A DNA stretch of 64,000 nucleotides. Origin: an uncultured Solibacteraceae bacterium. GTDB lineage: Bacteria > Acidobacteriota > Terriglobia > 20CM-2-55-15. The DNA is taken from contig CAZPBY010000012.1 of the NCBI GenBank assembly GCA_964584785.1, positions 56,590-120,589 of the forward strand, written 5' to 3'. The position numbers were made by a program, and so were the translations under genes. Below are positions 25,857 through 37,000 of the stretch, piece by piece. The first letter of the stretch is position 1; each line of letters starts with the position of its first letter. A model generated the notes under the pieces. The model had not been told where the DNA came from, did no database searches, and saw nothing but the letters and a program-made list of their open reading frames with translations.

Positions 25857-27740
25857 CTACATCCATTCCTGTTGCCAGGCTTGAAACATCAGAATTCCCC
25901 ACAGTTCGTGAGCCCGGTTCTTGGTTCCGTTCAAGTGATCCTGCCACGCCTGCCGGACAGGTACAGGATCGAAGATTCCTTTACGTCGCATTTCTGCCGG
26001 ATCGAGAAGATCTTCGACCCAGGTGCGCAGCGGACCGCGAAGCCACTGGCGTAAGGGGAAACCAAAACCCATTTTAGGACGCTCAAACAACTCGGTGGGC
26101 ACGTAACGATTCAAGATCAAGCGAAGGAGCCGCTTTCCTTTTCCCTGATTGATCTTGTACTCGAGCGGCAACTGCCAGGCATACTCGATGATGCGATAGT
26201 CGAGCAGTGGTTCTCGCGCTTCGAGACTGACTGCCATACTCGCCCGATCCAGTTTTGTGAGGATATCCTCAGGCAGGTATGTGACGAGATCAAGATACAT
26301 CATTCGCTCGGTATCGTTCATCTTGTCGGCCCATAGGCTGGCGTCCGTAAACGGAGTCAGGTGTTCCGACGACTGCGGAACAAGTTCGGCCGGCCGCATC
26401 CACTGGGACACATGGTAGCGATGCATTCCTTCCGGTGTTTTTACCTGCAACAAGTCCTGAACGTTTCGAAATCTCCGGTTTCCGAGCAACTCCATGCCTC
26501 GGACGCCCATTTCCACCATGCTGCGAACCGGCGTGGGCACGGCCTGGAGCAACTTCCATCGCTTCGCTCCCAGGATGTATTCCTCGTATCCGCCAAACAA
26601 CTCGTCGCCGCCATCTCCCGAGAGGCTGACGGTAACGGACTCACGTGCCAGCTTGGAGACAAGGAACGTCGGTATCTCCGAAGGATCCGCGAACGGTTCA
26701 TCGTAGATCGCCGACATCAACGGGATGGTCTGAAGGGCAGCTTCCGAGGAGACGAACAACTCCGTATGGTCTGTACCCAAATGCTGCGAAACTCGTTTCG
26801 CGTAACTGGCTTCATTATGCGTGGCCTCTTCAAAACCAATCGTGAATGTCTTCACGGTTGATGTCGTTTGCGCCTGCATCATCGATACGACCAACGATGA
26901 ATCGATTCCTCCGGAAAGAAACGCCCCGACCGGGACGTCTGCCAGCATTCTCAACCGGACGGAATCGCGCAACAGTACTTCCAACTCATCGGCCGCCTCG
27001 TGTATGTCCGGCGCCGGGCGACCGTCCAGCTGACCTTCCACAACGTCTCTCGCCGACCAATAGGGCGTAGACGACGCCCGGTCCTGCGGTGACGACATCG
27101 TCACATAGTGGCCCGGAAGTAACTTGCGCACGTTCTCGTAAATACAGTGCGGCGCCGGAATGTATCCGAGGCGAAGGTACAGCGCGAGACTGCTGCGATC
27201 CAATCTGGCAGCAAATCCCGAGTATGCGCGCAGAGCCTTGAGTTCAGAACCGAATAGCAAAGCATTGCCTGTCCAACCATAGAACAGCGGCTTCACTCCC
27301 ATCCGGTCTCGAGCAAGCGTGAGCTTTCGCTCTTTCCTATCCCAGAGAGCAAAAGCGAACATTCCATTACATCGGCGCAAGGTATCCCGCACACCCCATT
27401 CGGCGCATGCATCGAGAAGAACCTCAGTATCGGAATTGCTGACGAACTTACGGCCACGGCCTTCCAGTTCCCGACGGATATCCTGGAAGTTATAAATCTC
27501 GCCGTTGTACGCAATGACGTAGCGTCCACAATGAGACACCATCGGCATATGCCCCGCTGGAGAGAGATCAAGAATCGCCAGCCGGCGGCTGGCAAGTGCT
27601 ATTCCTGCGGCGGGATCGACCCATAACCCGTCGTCATCGGGTCCACGATGCAGCAGGCTCCTGCTCATCGCGGCACCCATCGAGATCATGGCTTCTTCAG
27701 CATCACCGGGTACTTTCCAGAAGCCGGTAAGTCCGCACAT
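25857..27740 (-). CDS. asnB: Asparagine synthase (glutamine-hydrolysing) family amidotransferase, AsnB-like, of the polysaccharide-locus type.
   Basis: N-terminal MCGLTGF class-II glutamine amidotransferase nucleophile. SGGIDSS PP-loop. 627 aa. Confidence 0.85.
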   Translation of the reverse strand: MCGLTGFWKVPGDAEEAMISMGAAMSRSLLHRGPDDDGLWVDPAAGIALASRRLAILDLSPAGHMPMVSHCGRYVIAYNGEIYNFQDIRRELEGRGRKFVSNSDTEVLLDACAEWGVRDTLRRCNGMFAFALWDRKERKLTLARDRMGVKPLFYGWTGNALLFGSELKALRAYSGFAARLDRSSLALYLRLGYIPAPHCIYENVRKLLPGHYVTMSSPQDRASSTPYWSARDVVEGQLDGRPAPDIHEAADELEVLLRDSVRLRMLADVPVGAFLSGGIDSSLVVSMMQAQTTSTVKTFTIGFEEATHNEASYAKRVSQHLGTDHTELFVSSEAALQTIPLMSAIYDEPFADPSEIPTFLVSKLARESVTVSLSGDGGDELFGGYEEYILGAKRWKLLQAVPTPVRSMVEMGVRGMELLGNRRFRNVQDLLQVKTPEGMHRYHVSQWMRPAELVPQSSEHLTPFTDASLWADKMNDTERMMYLDLVTYLPEDILTKLDRASMAVSLEAREPLLDYRIIEYAWQLPLEYKINQGKGKRLLRLILNRYVPTELFERPKMGFGFPLRQWLRGPLRTWVEDLLDPAEMRRKGIFDPVPVRQAWQDHLNGTKNRAHELWGILMFQAWQQEWM

Positions 27741-27741
27741 A

Positions 27742-28935
27742 CTAAACCTCTCTGGCTGAAAATACTTCCTGATGTTCCAGGAGTTCGGCCGGGCAAGGGA
27801 TACCGAAGAAGTTGTAGATTTCCGTGATCACGGACATGACTTCTGCATCCTGCATTTCGTAATACATGGGCAACCGAAGTAACCTCTCGCTCAACTGCTC
27901 GGTTACAGGCAACATGCCCTGGCGGTATCCCATCGCTGTGCCCATGGGTGACGTGTGAAGTGGAACGTAATGAAAGACCGCGAGTATGCTGCGGCTCTTG
28001 AGGTGATCGATCAACTTAGTCCGTTCATTCAACGACCTCAGCAGAACATAGAACATGTGGTAGTTTGAATCGCAGTCTGCCGGTACCGTCGGAAGTGTAA
28101 GGAGACCTTCTCTAGCCAGAGGTTCGAGGCAGAACTTATAGAGTTCGTAGATTCGCGCCCGGCGCCTGGTAATGAGATCCATATTCTCGAGCTGCGCATA
28201 CAGGAACGCCGCGACGATATCCGAAGGCAGCAGAGACGACCCGATGTCGACCCAGGTGTATTTGTCGACCTGGCCGCGGAAGAAACGGCTTCGATTGGTT
28301 CCTTTTTCACGAACGATTTCGGCCCTTTCCACGAACTCACGGTCGTTCAGTACGATCGCGCCGCCTTCACCGCATATAAAATTCTTGGTTTCATGAAAGC
28401 TGTACGCGCCGATGTTACCGAGGGTCCCCAGGAAGCGTCCTTTGTATTTCGAATTGACTCCCTGCGCGGCGTCTTCAATAACAAGCACTCCGCGCTTCCT
28501 GGCGATTGCCTGAATCGTGTCCATATCGCACGAAATCCCAGCGTAGTGCATCGGGACGATGACGCGCGTCCGTTCCGTGATGACGCGGTCGATGTGGGTC
28601 TCGTCGATATTCATCGTGTCGGGCCGGCAGTCGACAAACACCAGTCGAGCGCCTCGCAACAGAAACGCATTTGCCGTTGATGAGAAGGTGTACGAAGGCA
28701 TGATCACTTCGTCGCCGGCTTGCACATTCGAAAGAATGGCTGCGAGTTCGAGCGCTGCCGTAGCCGACGTCGTCAGCAGGATTTGCTGCGCACCAAAGGA
28801 TTCCTGCAACAACTGTTGGGCCTTCTTTGTATATGGACCGTCGCCGCTTATCTGTCCATGAAGCACCGATTGGGCGATGTAGTACAGCTCCTTGCCGACA
28901 ATAAATGGCTTGTTGAATGGAATGCGATAATTCAT
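27742..28935 (-). CDS. DegT/DnrJ/EryC1/StrS-family PLP-dependent sugar aminotransferase (WecE/ArnB-like; makes an NDP-4-amino-4,6-dideoxyhexose).
   Basis: N-terminus MNYRIPFNKPFIVGKELYYIAQSVLHGQISGDGPYTKKAQQLL closely parallels the WecE/ArnB N-terminus. Lies adjacent to rmlA and the Und-P GT2 gene. Confidence 0.8.
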   Translation of the reverse strand: MNYRIPFNKPFIVGKELYYIAQSVLHGQISGDGPYTKKAQQLLQESFGAQQILLTTSATAALELAAILSNVQAGDEVIMPSYTFSSTANAFLLRGARLVFVDCRPDTMNIDETHIDRVITERTRVIVPMHYAGISCDMDTIQAIARKRGVLVIEDAAQGVNSKYKGRFLGTLGNIGAYSFHETKNFICGEGGAIVLNDREFVERAEIVREKGTNRSRFFRGQVDKYTWVDIGSSLLPSDIVAAFLYAQLENMDLITRRRARIYELYKFCLEPLAREGLLTLPTVPADCDSNYHMFYVLLRSLNERTKLIDHLKSRSILAVFHYVPLHTSPMGTAMGYRQGMLPVTEQLSERLLRLPMYYEMQDAEVMSVITEIYNFFGIPCPAELLEHQEVFSAREV

Positions 28936-28967
28936 AGCAGTGTCCTTCTTTTACGAATTTCGAAGTG

Positions 28968-29975
28968 TTACTCGTTCTCTTTAACTATGGAGTCCCGGAC
29001 TGCGTAAGGCGGCCGATCCATGGTTCGAAAGTGCATGCGTGCAAGGTACTCACCGATAATCCCGAGAGCGAAAAGCTGTGCTCCTGAGAAAATGGCGATG
29101 ACGGAAGCGAGAAAAGGAAATCCAGCGACTGTGCTGCCATACTTCAAGTACTTTGCCAGGACGTACATCAAGACTCCAACACCGAAAAAGGTGAAGAAAA
29201 ATCCGACGATACTTGCAACCTGAAGTGGAAACGTGCTGAAACCGGTCATCATGTTCATCGCATGACGAATCAGTTTACCCAGGGTGTAGCCGGACCTGCC
29301 GATAGTGCGCTGATCGTGACGCACAGTAACAGCCGAGAATCTCGTGGTACCCCACGTCAACAAAACGTCAATGGAAACGTAGGGACCTCTATAATTGGCA
29401 AACGCTTCGCGCAACTGAGTTCGGAATGCACGATAGGTACTCACGCGGCGAGCTGTTTCCGCTCCCATCGCGCTCTGAAGCGCTATTTTCGTCAAGGTTG
29501 AGGCCAGGTCTCTCAGTAACCCGTGCCGTTCCTGGTCTGGCCGCGCATAAACGACGTCAAACCCTTCGTTCAATTTCGAAAGGATCTTAGGTATCTCTTC
29601 GGGTGGATTCTGAAGGTCGTCGTCCAGTGTAATCGTCACATCGAATTGGGCGGCTCGGATTCCGCAAAGCAACGCGTTGTGTTGACCGAAATTCCGCATC
29701 AATCGAATTCCGTGCACCCAATCGTGTTCTTGGGCAAGGCGGGTGACGATGTCCCAACTGCGATCCTTGCTGCAATCATCAACCAGAATGACTTCGAAGT
29801 TTGAAGTGCAAGACATCAAAACTGGTTCGAGGCGTTCCGCCAGCAAGGACAGGCTGTCCTGACTGTTGTAGACTGGAACAACGATCGAAACGCCGTGTTT
29901 CAGAGCGTCCTTGTCGACGCCGGTCCACAGCGTGGTTTCCGAAATTCTATCGTTGATCGATATCATCGTATTCAT
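28968..29975 (-). CDS. GT2-family polyprenyl-phosphate glycosyltransferase (ArnC/GtrB-like) with a C-terminal transmembrane anchor.
   Basis: [13 protein letters not shown]...[14 protein letters not shown] DxD-type N-terminus. Two or three C-terminal TM helices. Start placed at 29975 (MNTMISIND), which overlaps the rmlA stop as ATGA, with GGAGG upstream. Confidence 0.75.
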   Translation of the reverse strand: MNTMISINDRISETTLWTGVDKDALKHGVSIVVPVYNSQDSLSLLAERLEPVLMSCTSNFEVILVDDCSKDRSWDIVTRLAQEHDWVHGIRLMRNFGQHNALLCGIRAAQFDVTITLDDDLQNPPEEIPKILSKLNEGFDVVYARPDQERHGLLRDLASTLTKIALQSAMGAETARRVSTYRAFRTQLREAFANYRGPYVSIDVLLTWGTTRFSAVTVRHDQRTIGRSGYTLGKLIRHAMNMMTGFSTFPLQVASIVGFFFTFFGVGVLMYVLAKYLKYGSTVAGFPFLASVIAIFSGAQLFALGIIGEYLARMHFRTMDRPPYAVRDSIVKENE

Positions 29976-30874
29976 CGCAGGCTGTCCTCCAAAACGATAT
30001 CCTGCAGATATTTCCCATAAGGGTTCTTCAAAGCTTTCGCCAAATCCAACATTTGCTGCGCCGTGATGAACCCCTGGCGATAGGCCACTTCTTCGATGCA
30101 CGCGATCTTGAAACCTTGACGCGCCTGAATCGTCTCGACGAAAGCCGATGCCTGCATCAGGGATTCGTGTGTACCGGTATCGAGCCAGGCAAAACCGCGC
30201 CCGAACCGTTCGACCGAGAGTTGCCCGCGGCGCATGTACTCGCGATTGACATCCGTGATTTCCAGTTCGCCGCGAGCCGAAGGTTTTATGCTTCCGGCAA
30301 TGTCCACAACCTGATTGTCATAGAAGTACAAGCCGGTCACCGCAAAGTGCGACTTAGGTTGTGCCGGCTTCTCCTCAATCGAAATCGGCCGCCACTCCGA
30401 ATCAAATTCCACAACGCCATAGTGCTGGGGCTCACTCACGGCATAGGCAAAGTTTGTGGCTCCTGTCGAACGAACTGTAGCTGCGACAAGTTTTTCCTGA
30501 AAACCCTGGCCATAGAAAATATTGTCGCCGAGTATCAGTGCGACGTGGTCGCGCCCAATAAACTCGCGCCCTACCAAAAACGCTTGCGCCAGACCTCCAG
30601 GATGCGGCTGCACAGCATAAGTAATGCGGATGCCGATCTTGCTGCCATCGCCCAGTACCCGTTCGAAGCTGCCGATGTCGTGAGGGGTTGAAATCACCAG
30701 GACATTTCGGATCCCTGCCAACATCAGTGTCGACAGCGGATAGTAGATCATCGGCTTGTCGTAGATCGGCAGCAGCTGCTTGCTGATGGCATGCGTCACC
30801 GGATACAACCTCGTCCCGAGCCCTCCGGCAAGAATGATTCCCTTTGTGAACGCGGGCGTCTGGTCAGCCATCAA
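29972..30874 (-). CDS. rmlA: Glucose-1-phosphate thymidylyltransferase (RmlA/RfbA).
   Basis: [46 protein letters not shown] is the canonical RmlA N-terminus. Confidence 0.9.
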   Translation of the reverse strand: MMADQTPAFTKGIILAGGLGTRLYPVTHAISKQLLPIYDKPMIYYPLSTLMLAGIRNVLVISTPHDIGSFERVLGDGSKIGIRITYAVQPHPGGLAQAFLVGREFIGRDHVALILGDNIFYGQGFQEKLVAATVRSTGATNFAYAVSEPQHYGVVEFDSEWRPISIEEKPAQPKSHFAVTGLYFYDNQVVDIAGSIKPSARGELEITDVNREYMRRGQLSVERFGRGFAWLDTGTHESLMQASAFVETIQARQGFKIACIEEVAYRQGFITAQQMLDLAKALKNPYGKYLQDIVLEDSLR

Positions 30875-32235
30875 GCCAACCTCCTCGAAGCAACGAGCGG
30901 CCGCCGTACCCAGTCACCAACAACCAGCGCCGCTTGCGCGGCGAACAGCAACATCGCAAACTCCACGGGATAGTGGTAACGGATATTCCACCCTCCGATG
31001 TAGCTGTAAACCGCGGTGTCCGCAATGATCAACAAAAGAGCAACGCAGTCGATCCAGTATTCTCTAATGAATGACATTCCGTGCCGCACCTGAATCAGCC
31101 GGGACACCACGACAGGAATACTCAGGATCAGGAGGAGATAGTACGGCACTCTTCGCCCCAGCATGTACGACAATGAATAATCATCTCGATACCTGGGAGG
31201 TTCCCACCAAAAATGCGAAAGGTTCATCAGCACCAGACGTCCCGAATCGAGCGGGGAGTCACCGATGGCGGACTTTATTGCTTCCGCCAGCATTTCACCT
31301 TCCTGGAGTTCATTCAGCGTACGGCCGCGTTTCTCCAGGTCAATCAGTGTTTCATCGGACAAGGGCATGGGATAGCCGGCCTCGGATCGAGTCTTCAGTA
31401 GTTCGTGGCCGGTAGCGGCTCTCATGACGATCCGGTCAAACAAGATGTAGTTCCGAATGAACCAAGGAGCAATCACCACGAAGACCACGGCTCCAGCGGT
31501 GACGACGCAAACGAGCTTGTCGGCATACCGGTCGCGAAAAACGAACGCCGCTACGCAGAGAGCCAGAGTGGTGAACAACAACGTCCCTGGGTTGGTCATA
31601 CCGAGAACGCCGGCAGTTGCACCGCAGCAGGCAAACCTCCGCACCGTCGGATTCTTCTGAAGGCCCGCTACAAGGTAGAGGAACACCGACAACAAAAACA
31701 GAAGGACGATAGTCGACTCCGGTGACGTAGCACACTGATATATAAAAGGTGGATAAATGGCGAAGCCCAGGGCAAACGCCAGACCGATTAGGGTCGAATG
31801 GGAACGAAACGTCAGGAACAACGTGACGGCCGTAAGCCCCGCTATCACGCTATGCACTATGAAGAGGGCCAGAAAATTTCCGCTGCCGAAAACATAAAAC
31901 ACAGCGGCAATCAGGAACGGAAACACCGGCTGCTTCAGCGTTGTCGGCCGGGCCCCGCCGATCACGGGATCTTGTATCTTTTTCTCGATATCCTGAACAA
32001 GGTTCCCATAAACCATTCGGGTGCGCCATTCCGTGTCCAGCGAGTAACCGTTTCCACGTACCAGATTCCTGCCGATCGATACATCTTCCCAATAGAGAAC
32101 CTTGTCGTTGCCCTTGAAAGTGGCCGCGATCGCCAGAAGGCGTATGCCTACTGCCAGACAAAACAGCAGTATGACTATCGTTCTGGTGCTGGGAAGGAAC
32201 TCCGTCGCGTTCCTTGCGTTCATCATCCTTCTCAT
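30871..32235 (-). CDS. Polytopic membrane glycosyltransferase of the GT-C fold (ArnT/PMT-like, GT39/GT83-type). Assignment is tentative.
   Basis: About 11 predicted TM segments. The first periplasmic loop ([18 protein letters not shown]) resembles the acidic-loop region of ArnT/PMT_2 enzymes. Sits in the same block as the ArnB- and ArnC-like genes. Confidence 0.5.
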   Translation of the reverse strand: MRRMMNARNATEFLPSTRTIVILLFCLAVGIRLLAIAATFKGNDKVLYWEDVSIGRNLVRGNGYSLDTEWRTRMVYGNLVQDIEKKIQDPVIGGARPTTLKQPVFPFLIAAVFYVFGSGNFLALFIVHSVIAGLTAVTLFLTFRSHSTLIGLAFALGFAIYPPFIYQCATSPESTIVLLFLLSVFLYLVAGLQKNPTVRRFACCGATAGVLGMTNPGTLLFTTLALCVAAFVFRDRYADKLVCVVTAGAVVFVVIAPWFIRNYILFDRIVMRAATGHELLKTRSEAGYPMPLSDETLIDLEKRGRTLNELQEGEMLAEAIKSAIGDSPLDSGRLVLMNLSHFWWEPPRYRDDYSLSYMLGRRVPYYLLLILSIPVVVSRLIQVRHGMSFIREYWIDCVALLLIIADTAVYSYIGGWNIRYHYPVEFAMLLFAAQAALVVGDWVRRPLVASRRLA

Positions 32236-32257
32236 TCTGAAAAACCTCTAAGATCTG

Positions 32258-33706
32258 CTATGCGGGCGCCAGGGCGGAAGACTCTTCGATTCGTGCTGCC
32301 TGCGACTTGACGTCAAGGCTGCTCACGACGCCGGTCAACCAAAATCCGATCACGTCGAACATTTGGTCCCACCGAAGATCCGACGTTAAACCCAGTATGA
32401 AAAAACACAAGACGGCTACAAGGCCGACGAGGGCAAACCTTCTTTCGTAAGCCCACTGCTCCCCTTTCAAGTGCCAGTAAGCGCGGAGGCACACTAGAAA
32501 TGAAAATAGAATGATCCCTCCATAACTGAGGAAACCTAGTATTCCCAGTTCTGCCAGGATGCCGAGAAGTGAACTGTGGTTGCCGTCTTCCAATTCGCGG
32601 ACTTGAGAAAAGCCAGTTGGAAAGTACTTGTCCCACTCATGAAGAAACCGGCCGTATCCGACTCCGAATAGCCAGTGGTCCTTGAACATGTTGTAGGTAG
32701 TTTCATAGTTGGCATAACGGTATTCGACCGTTTGCTGGCGCCGGGAGAAGAGCGTATCTTCGCCCGACGAAAACTTTGAGCCGGCACCCGAAAAGAACCC
32801 AACGACCAGCAAGCATGCGAGCACCATGGAGTTTCTGCGCATTGGAGTCTTCAAGAGCAAAGTCGTCGCCATGATGGCCGCGAATCCAAGCCAAATCGCT
32901 CTGGTTTCTGTGAAGTAAACGGCGAGTACGACGAAGCCATAGAGCATGAGAGTAATCATGCGCTTGATTCCGGTCCACTCTGCCATCATGCAAGCAAGAG
33001 CCGCGAAGGTCACCAGTAAGATGCCGCCATCGGTCACCGAACTCAGGAACGGCCCCCTGGCTCTGCCAAAGTGTATGCCTATACCGTCTCGCATGATGTA
33101 CGACGGGATAACAAGCTTCGGGAAGAAGTGCTCGCAAATATTCGTAATTGCCAGGTAGATGCAAATACCTGAAAGCCACTTCAGTATTCGGTCTATGGAC
33201 TCCCTGCTGTGATCCAGACGCCGCGCGATCGCATACGCCACTCCCGGCCAGACTGGAAAGTTGAAGATTGTCGTCAGCAATCGAAACGCCTGGTTCTCAG
33301 CGTCACCGCCTGATGTGAGGTAAGAGAGTGTGACGACCACGAAGTAGGTCACCATCAGCAATCCGACCATCGCGGCGGCAAATCCGGCTTTGGGTTTCTC
33401 CGAACCTTTGGGTGCGGCCGGACGCCCGAGGTACGTCACCAGAATCGCGCCGAAAGCTATCCGATCCGGGAAGAAACTAAGTCCGATATTCCAATTGAAT
33501 ACCGGCATGTATTTGTATTGAAAACACTGCAGGAACATCCAGACGCAGAACAACCTGATGAGTTTTTCATCCGGCGTCAACGCCTTGGCCCGGCCGATGA
33601 TCCTCGCGACTGTTGGTTTCGGTTCCCGGACCGGCTTTCCAACACGTGCTGCCACCGGTGACTTCAAGCCCGGTCTCAGTTCGTTTTTTATTTTCCCAAC
33701 GAGCAT
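32258..33706 (-). CDS. O-antigen ligase / Wzy_C-family polytopic membrane protein (polysaccharide polymerase or ligase).
   Basis: 482 aa, at least 10 TM helices, and a periplasmic loop with a Wzy_C-like region (FLHEWDKYFPTGFSQVRELEDGNHSSLLGILAELGILGF). Confidence 0.65.
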   Translation of the reverse strand: MLVGKIKNELRPGLKSPVAARVGKPVREPKPTVARIIGRAKALTPDEKLIRLFCVWMFLQCFQYKYMPVFNWNIGLSFFPDRIAFGAILVTYLGRPAAPKGSEKPKAGFAAAMVGLLMVTYFVVVTLSYLTSGGDAENQAFRLLTTIFNFPVWPGVAYAIARRLDHSRESIDRILKWLSGICIYLAITNICEHFFPKLVIPSYIMRDGIGIHFGRARGPFLSSVTDGGILLVTFAALACMMAEWTGIKRMITLMLYGFVVLAVYFTETRAIWLGFAAIMATTLLLKTPMRRNSMVLACLLVVGFFSGAGSKFSSGEDTLFSRRQQTVEYRYANYETTYNMFKDHWLFGVGYGRFLHEWDKYFPTGFSQVRELEDGNHSSLLGILAELGILGFLSYGGIILFSFLVCLRAYWHLKGEQWAYERRFALVGLVAVLCFFILGLTSDLRWDQMFDVIGFWLTGVVSSLDVKSQAARIEESSALAPA

Positions 33707-33983
33707 TCAGGCGCCGCCGCAAACATGGAAGCGTTGCGGGTCCTCGCGTTCATGGCAAGAGTCCGGTTTTGTTAGCGTCAGACGGATGGGAAGCAACTGC
33801 GCTTGAGATGCGCTACCGCCATTTCAGTCCCGAATAGACTCCGGTAGACAGCAGCGTTCAATGAAGAATTCCAGATCGCCCTTCGGCAAAAGGATGAAGG
33901 ACGACGGAGTGCATGCTATGGACTGCATGGGTTTATGTCAAGCGGCTTTTGGCTGAATTCAAGCGACAAAGCGACAAAACGGC

Positions 33984-34012
33984 TTGACTTTTTTTCCTCT
34001 GATTGGCATGAT
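33984..34012 (+). promoter_or_regulatory. Sigma70-like promoter candidate upstream of giant gene 34087: TTGACT-N17-CATGAT. It is preceded by the tandem direct repeat agcgacaa x2 (33961-33978).
   Basis: Direct reading. The -35 hexamer is at 33984-33989 and the -10-like hexamer at 34007-34012, about 75 bp before the ATG. Confidence 0.3.
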
Positions 34013-34086
34013 GCCGCCGCCGCAGGGTCAGAACGACTCGCCATCCGAGCGGTTAAATCGAAATCTGAAGGTTCAAAGCAAACTGC

Positions 34087-37000
34087 ATGGTCGGTCGGCG
34101 TTCATGTCGAATTCGATTACGTACACTCATTAGCCTTAGCCTTCTAGCGTCATCGCGCCAACAAGCTCAAACACCCACCGGCATTTCGGCCGAAGCAAGC
34201 CGGACGGTTCACGAGTCGGCGGCGATCCTTACGTACACCAACCCAGCCGGTATCGTCGTCTCGCGTGCCGGAGTGAACCCAACGGAGCCGCTCAAATCGG
34301 GCCTGATATTTGTCGATCAGACCGGCCCGACGACGGGCATTACGCTTGCCAATCCATCGGACCAATCAGCATCGCCCACGCTCATTCTGCGCGACGAATC
34401 GGGCCGGGAGACCGCACGAAGAACGCTCGACCTGGCGGCGAAACAAGATAGTGACGTTACCATCAGCGAACTGTTTCCTGGATTGCCTGACGGCTTCCGC
34501 GGCACCCTCGCCTTTGAGTCCGATCAGCCGCTCGCCGGAAATGGTTTCCGCGAAAACATTAACGCATACGGCGAGTCCATCCTTTCGAGTGTTCCTGCCG
34601 TTGATTCCGCATCACCTTTATCCGCAGAACCGTTGGTTCTCCCTCACATTGCTGCCGCGGGCGGGACAACCGACGTTGTGCTGGTCAACACCGCCGACCA
34701 GAGGGTCCGCGGAACCATTCGGTTGATCGGGCCGTCCGGCAAGCCATTGGCGATGCGGCTGAGTGACCACATCGGATCGCAGTTCGGCTACGAGATCGAA
34801 GCCGGGGGCGTTTACCGCGGTCGATTCGAGAGCCTGTCCGCCGGGGCAGCCGGTTATGCGATCGTCACTCCCAACGACGGAGACTCTACTCCGACGGGAA
34901 TGCTGATTTTCCAGGCCACATCCGGCAGAGGGCTGGTCTCCGAAGCGATTGTTGCCGTCAACGAAAGACCCACAACGTCCGCCAGAGTTTTTGTCGATAA
35001 CGCAACTGCAAGGACCGGGTTCGCAATCGCCAACCCCAATCTCGTTTCCACAACGGTATCTTTTGCGTTGCTTGATGCGAACGGCACTGCCGTTGGGAAA
35101 GTCACAACCGAGCTCGCTCCTCGTGGATACAGCGCGGTGTTTGCTAATGAACTCTTCCCGCAGCTGGTGGACGGCTTTGAAGGATTGCTCGACATCACAG
35201 CTCCCCTGCCTGTAGTACCGATCAGCTTGATGGTCGCCTTGAACGAGAGGAACGATCCAATTCTAACTTCGCTTGATATTGTGGACCTGGATCATCCACT
35301 TGAGTCGCAGTCTCTGGTTTTCCCGCAGACTTCGTTCGGGTTGCAGGCAGCTGCGCGCCTGATTGCGATCGAAGCGAGCAGGGATTCGTCAGCCGGCGTC
35401 ATTTTGACGCTATCGCAACTGGACAGCACCCAACTTCATAGCCTGTCCTTGAGCGGCAGTGCCAATCAGTCCGGATCTCAATCGGGAAAGAAACCGGTGG
35501 CGTTCGCGCCCGGCAACGCTCCGCGACTCTCTGTTGCGGCCACGTGTGATCCGCTCCTTCAAAATCCCATCATGTCCGAATACCAATTGACCGGAAATCC
35601 ACAGATCGAATGGGATGTGACCGGAGCCGGCGATTCCAGTATCCAGGGATTCGCATCGGAGATCAGTGTCAATAAGGGTGAGACAGTCTTCTTTAAAGTC
35701 AGCACTCCCTCGACAAGTTACCGTCTCGATATATATCGTCTGGGCTACTATGCCGGCGCTGGTGCCAGAAAAATAACCACTGTCAATCCGTCCGTCGTTC
35801 TACCGCAAAATCAGCCCGCTTGTCTGACGGATTCCACGACGGGCTTGATCGATTGCGGCAACTGGGCTGTGTCCGCTTCCTGGGCCGTTCCTTTGACGGC
35901 CGTTTCCGGCGTCCACATTGCAAAGCTTGTGCGACAGGATGGATCGACCGTATCAAGCCACATTGTGTTTATTGTCCGGGACGACGCAAGCACGTCCGAT
36001 CTTCTTTTCCAGACTTCGGACACCACCTGGCAGGCCTACAACAGTTACGGCGGCAACAGTTTCTACACCGGCTCTCCGGCAAGCCGCGCCTTCAAGATTA
36101 GTTATAACCGGCCATTCAATACCAGGGTAACGAACACCAACAGCTGGTTGTTTGGCGCGGAATATCCGATGATTCGCTTCCTCGAGGCGAACGGGTATAA
36201 CGTCACCTACTTCACGGACATCGATACGGATCGCCGGGCCTCGCTCCTGCTTCAGCACAAGGTTTTCCTGTCGGTGGGTCACGATGAGTATTGGTCCGCT
36301 GCCCAGCGCACAAACGTCGAAAACGCCCGCGCGGCCGCCATCAATCTGGCGTTTTTCAGCGGCAACGCGGTGTTTTGGAAGACACGGTGGGAAAACAGCA
36401 TCGACGGATCGAATTCCCCTTACAAGACGCTCGTGTGTTACAAGGAGACCCACGCCAACGCGAAAATCGATCCCACTCCGGTTTGGACGGGAACCTGGCG
36501 CGATCCCAGATTCAGTCCTCCAGCGGATGGCGGCCGACCATCAAACAGTCTGAAAGGAACACTCTTCTCGGTCAACGGTCCGCGAAGTGACGCCATTGCC
36601 GTGCCGTCGACTTATGCTCCCTTGAGGTTCTGGCGAAACACCACGGTCGCTTCACTTTCATCCGGTCAGACAGCGACGTTCCCCGTAGGTACGCTGGGTT
36701 ATGAATGGGACGAGGCACCGGATGGACCTAACGCGCCTCCGGGTCTGGTCACGATGTCGTCCACCACTCTGGATGTTTCGCCCAGCTACCTTTTGAACTA
36801 CGGCTCGACGTTCGGTTCCGGCATAGCGACGCACCAGCTGACTCTATACAAACACAGCAGCGGCGCTCTGGTTTTCAGCGCGGGAACCGTACAGTGGGCA
36901 TGGGGGTTAGACAATATTCATGACGGCTCTGCCCCGGCTCCTGACGTGCGCATGCAACAAGCGACGATCAACTTGTTCGCCGATATGCGCGCGCAGCCGC

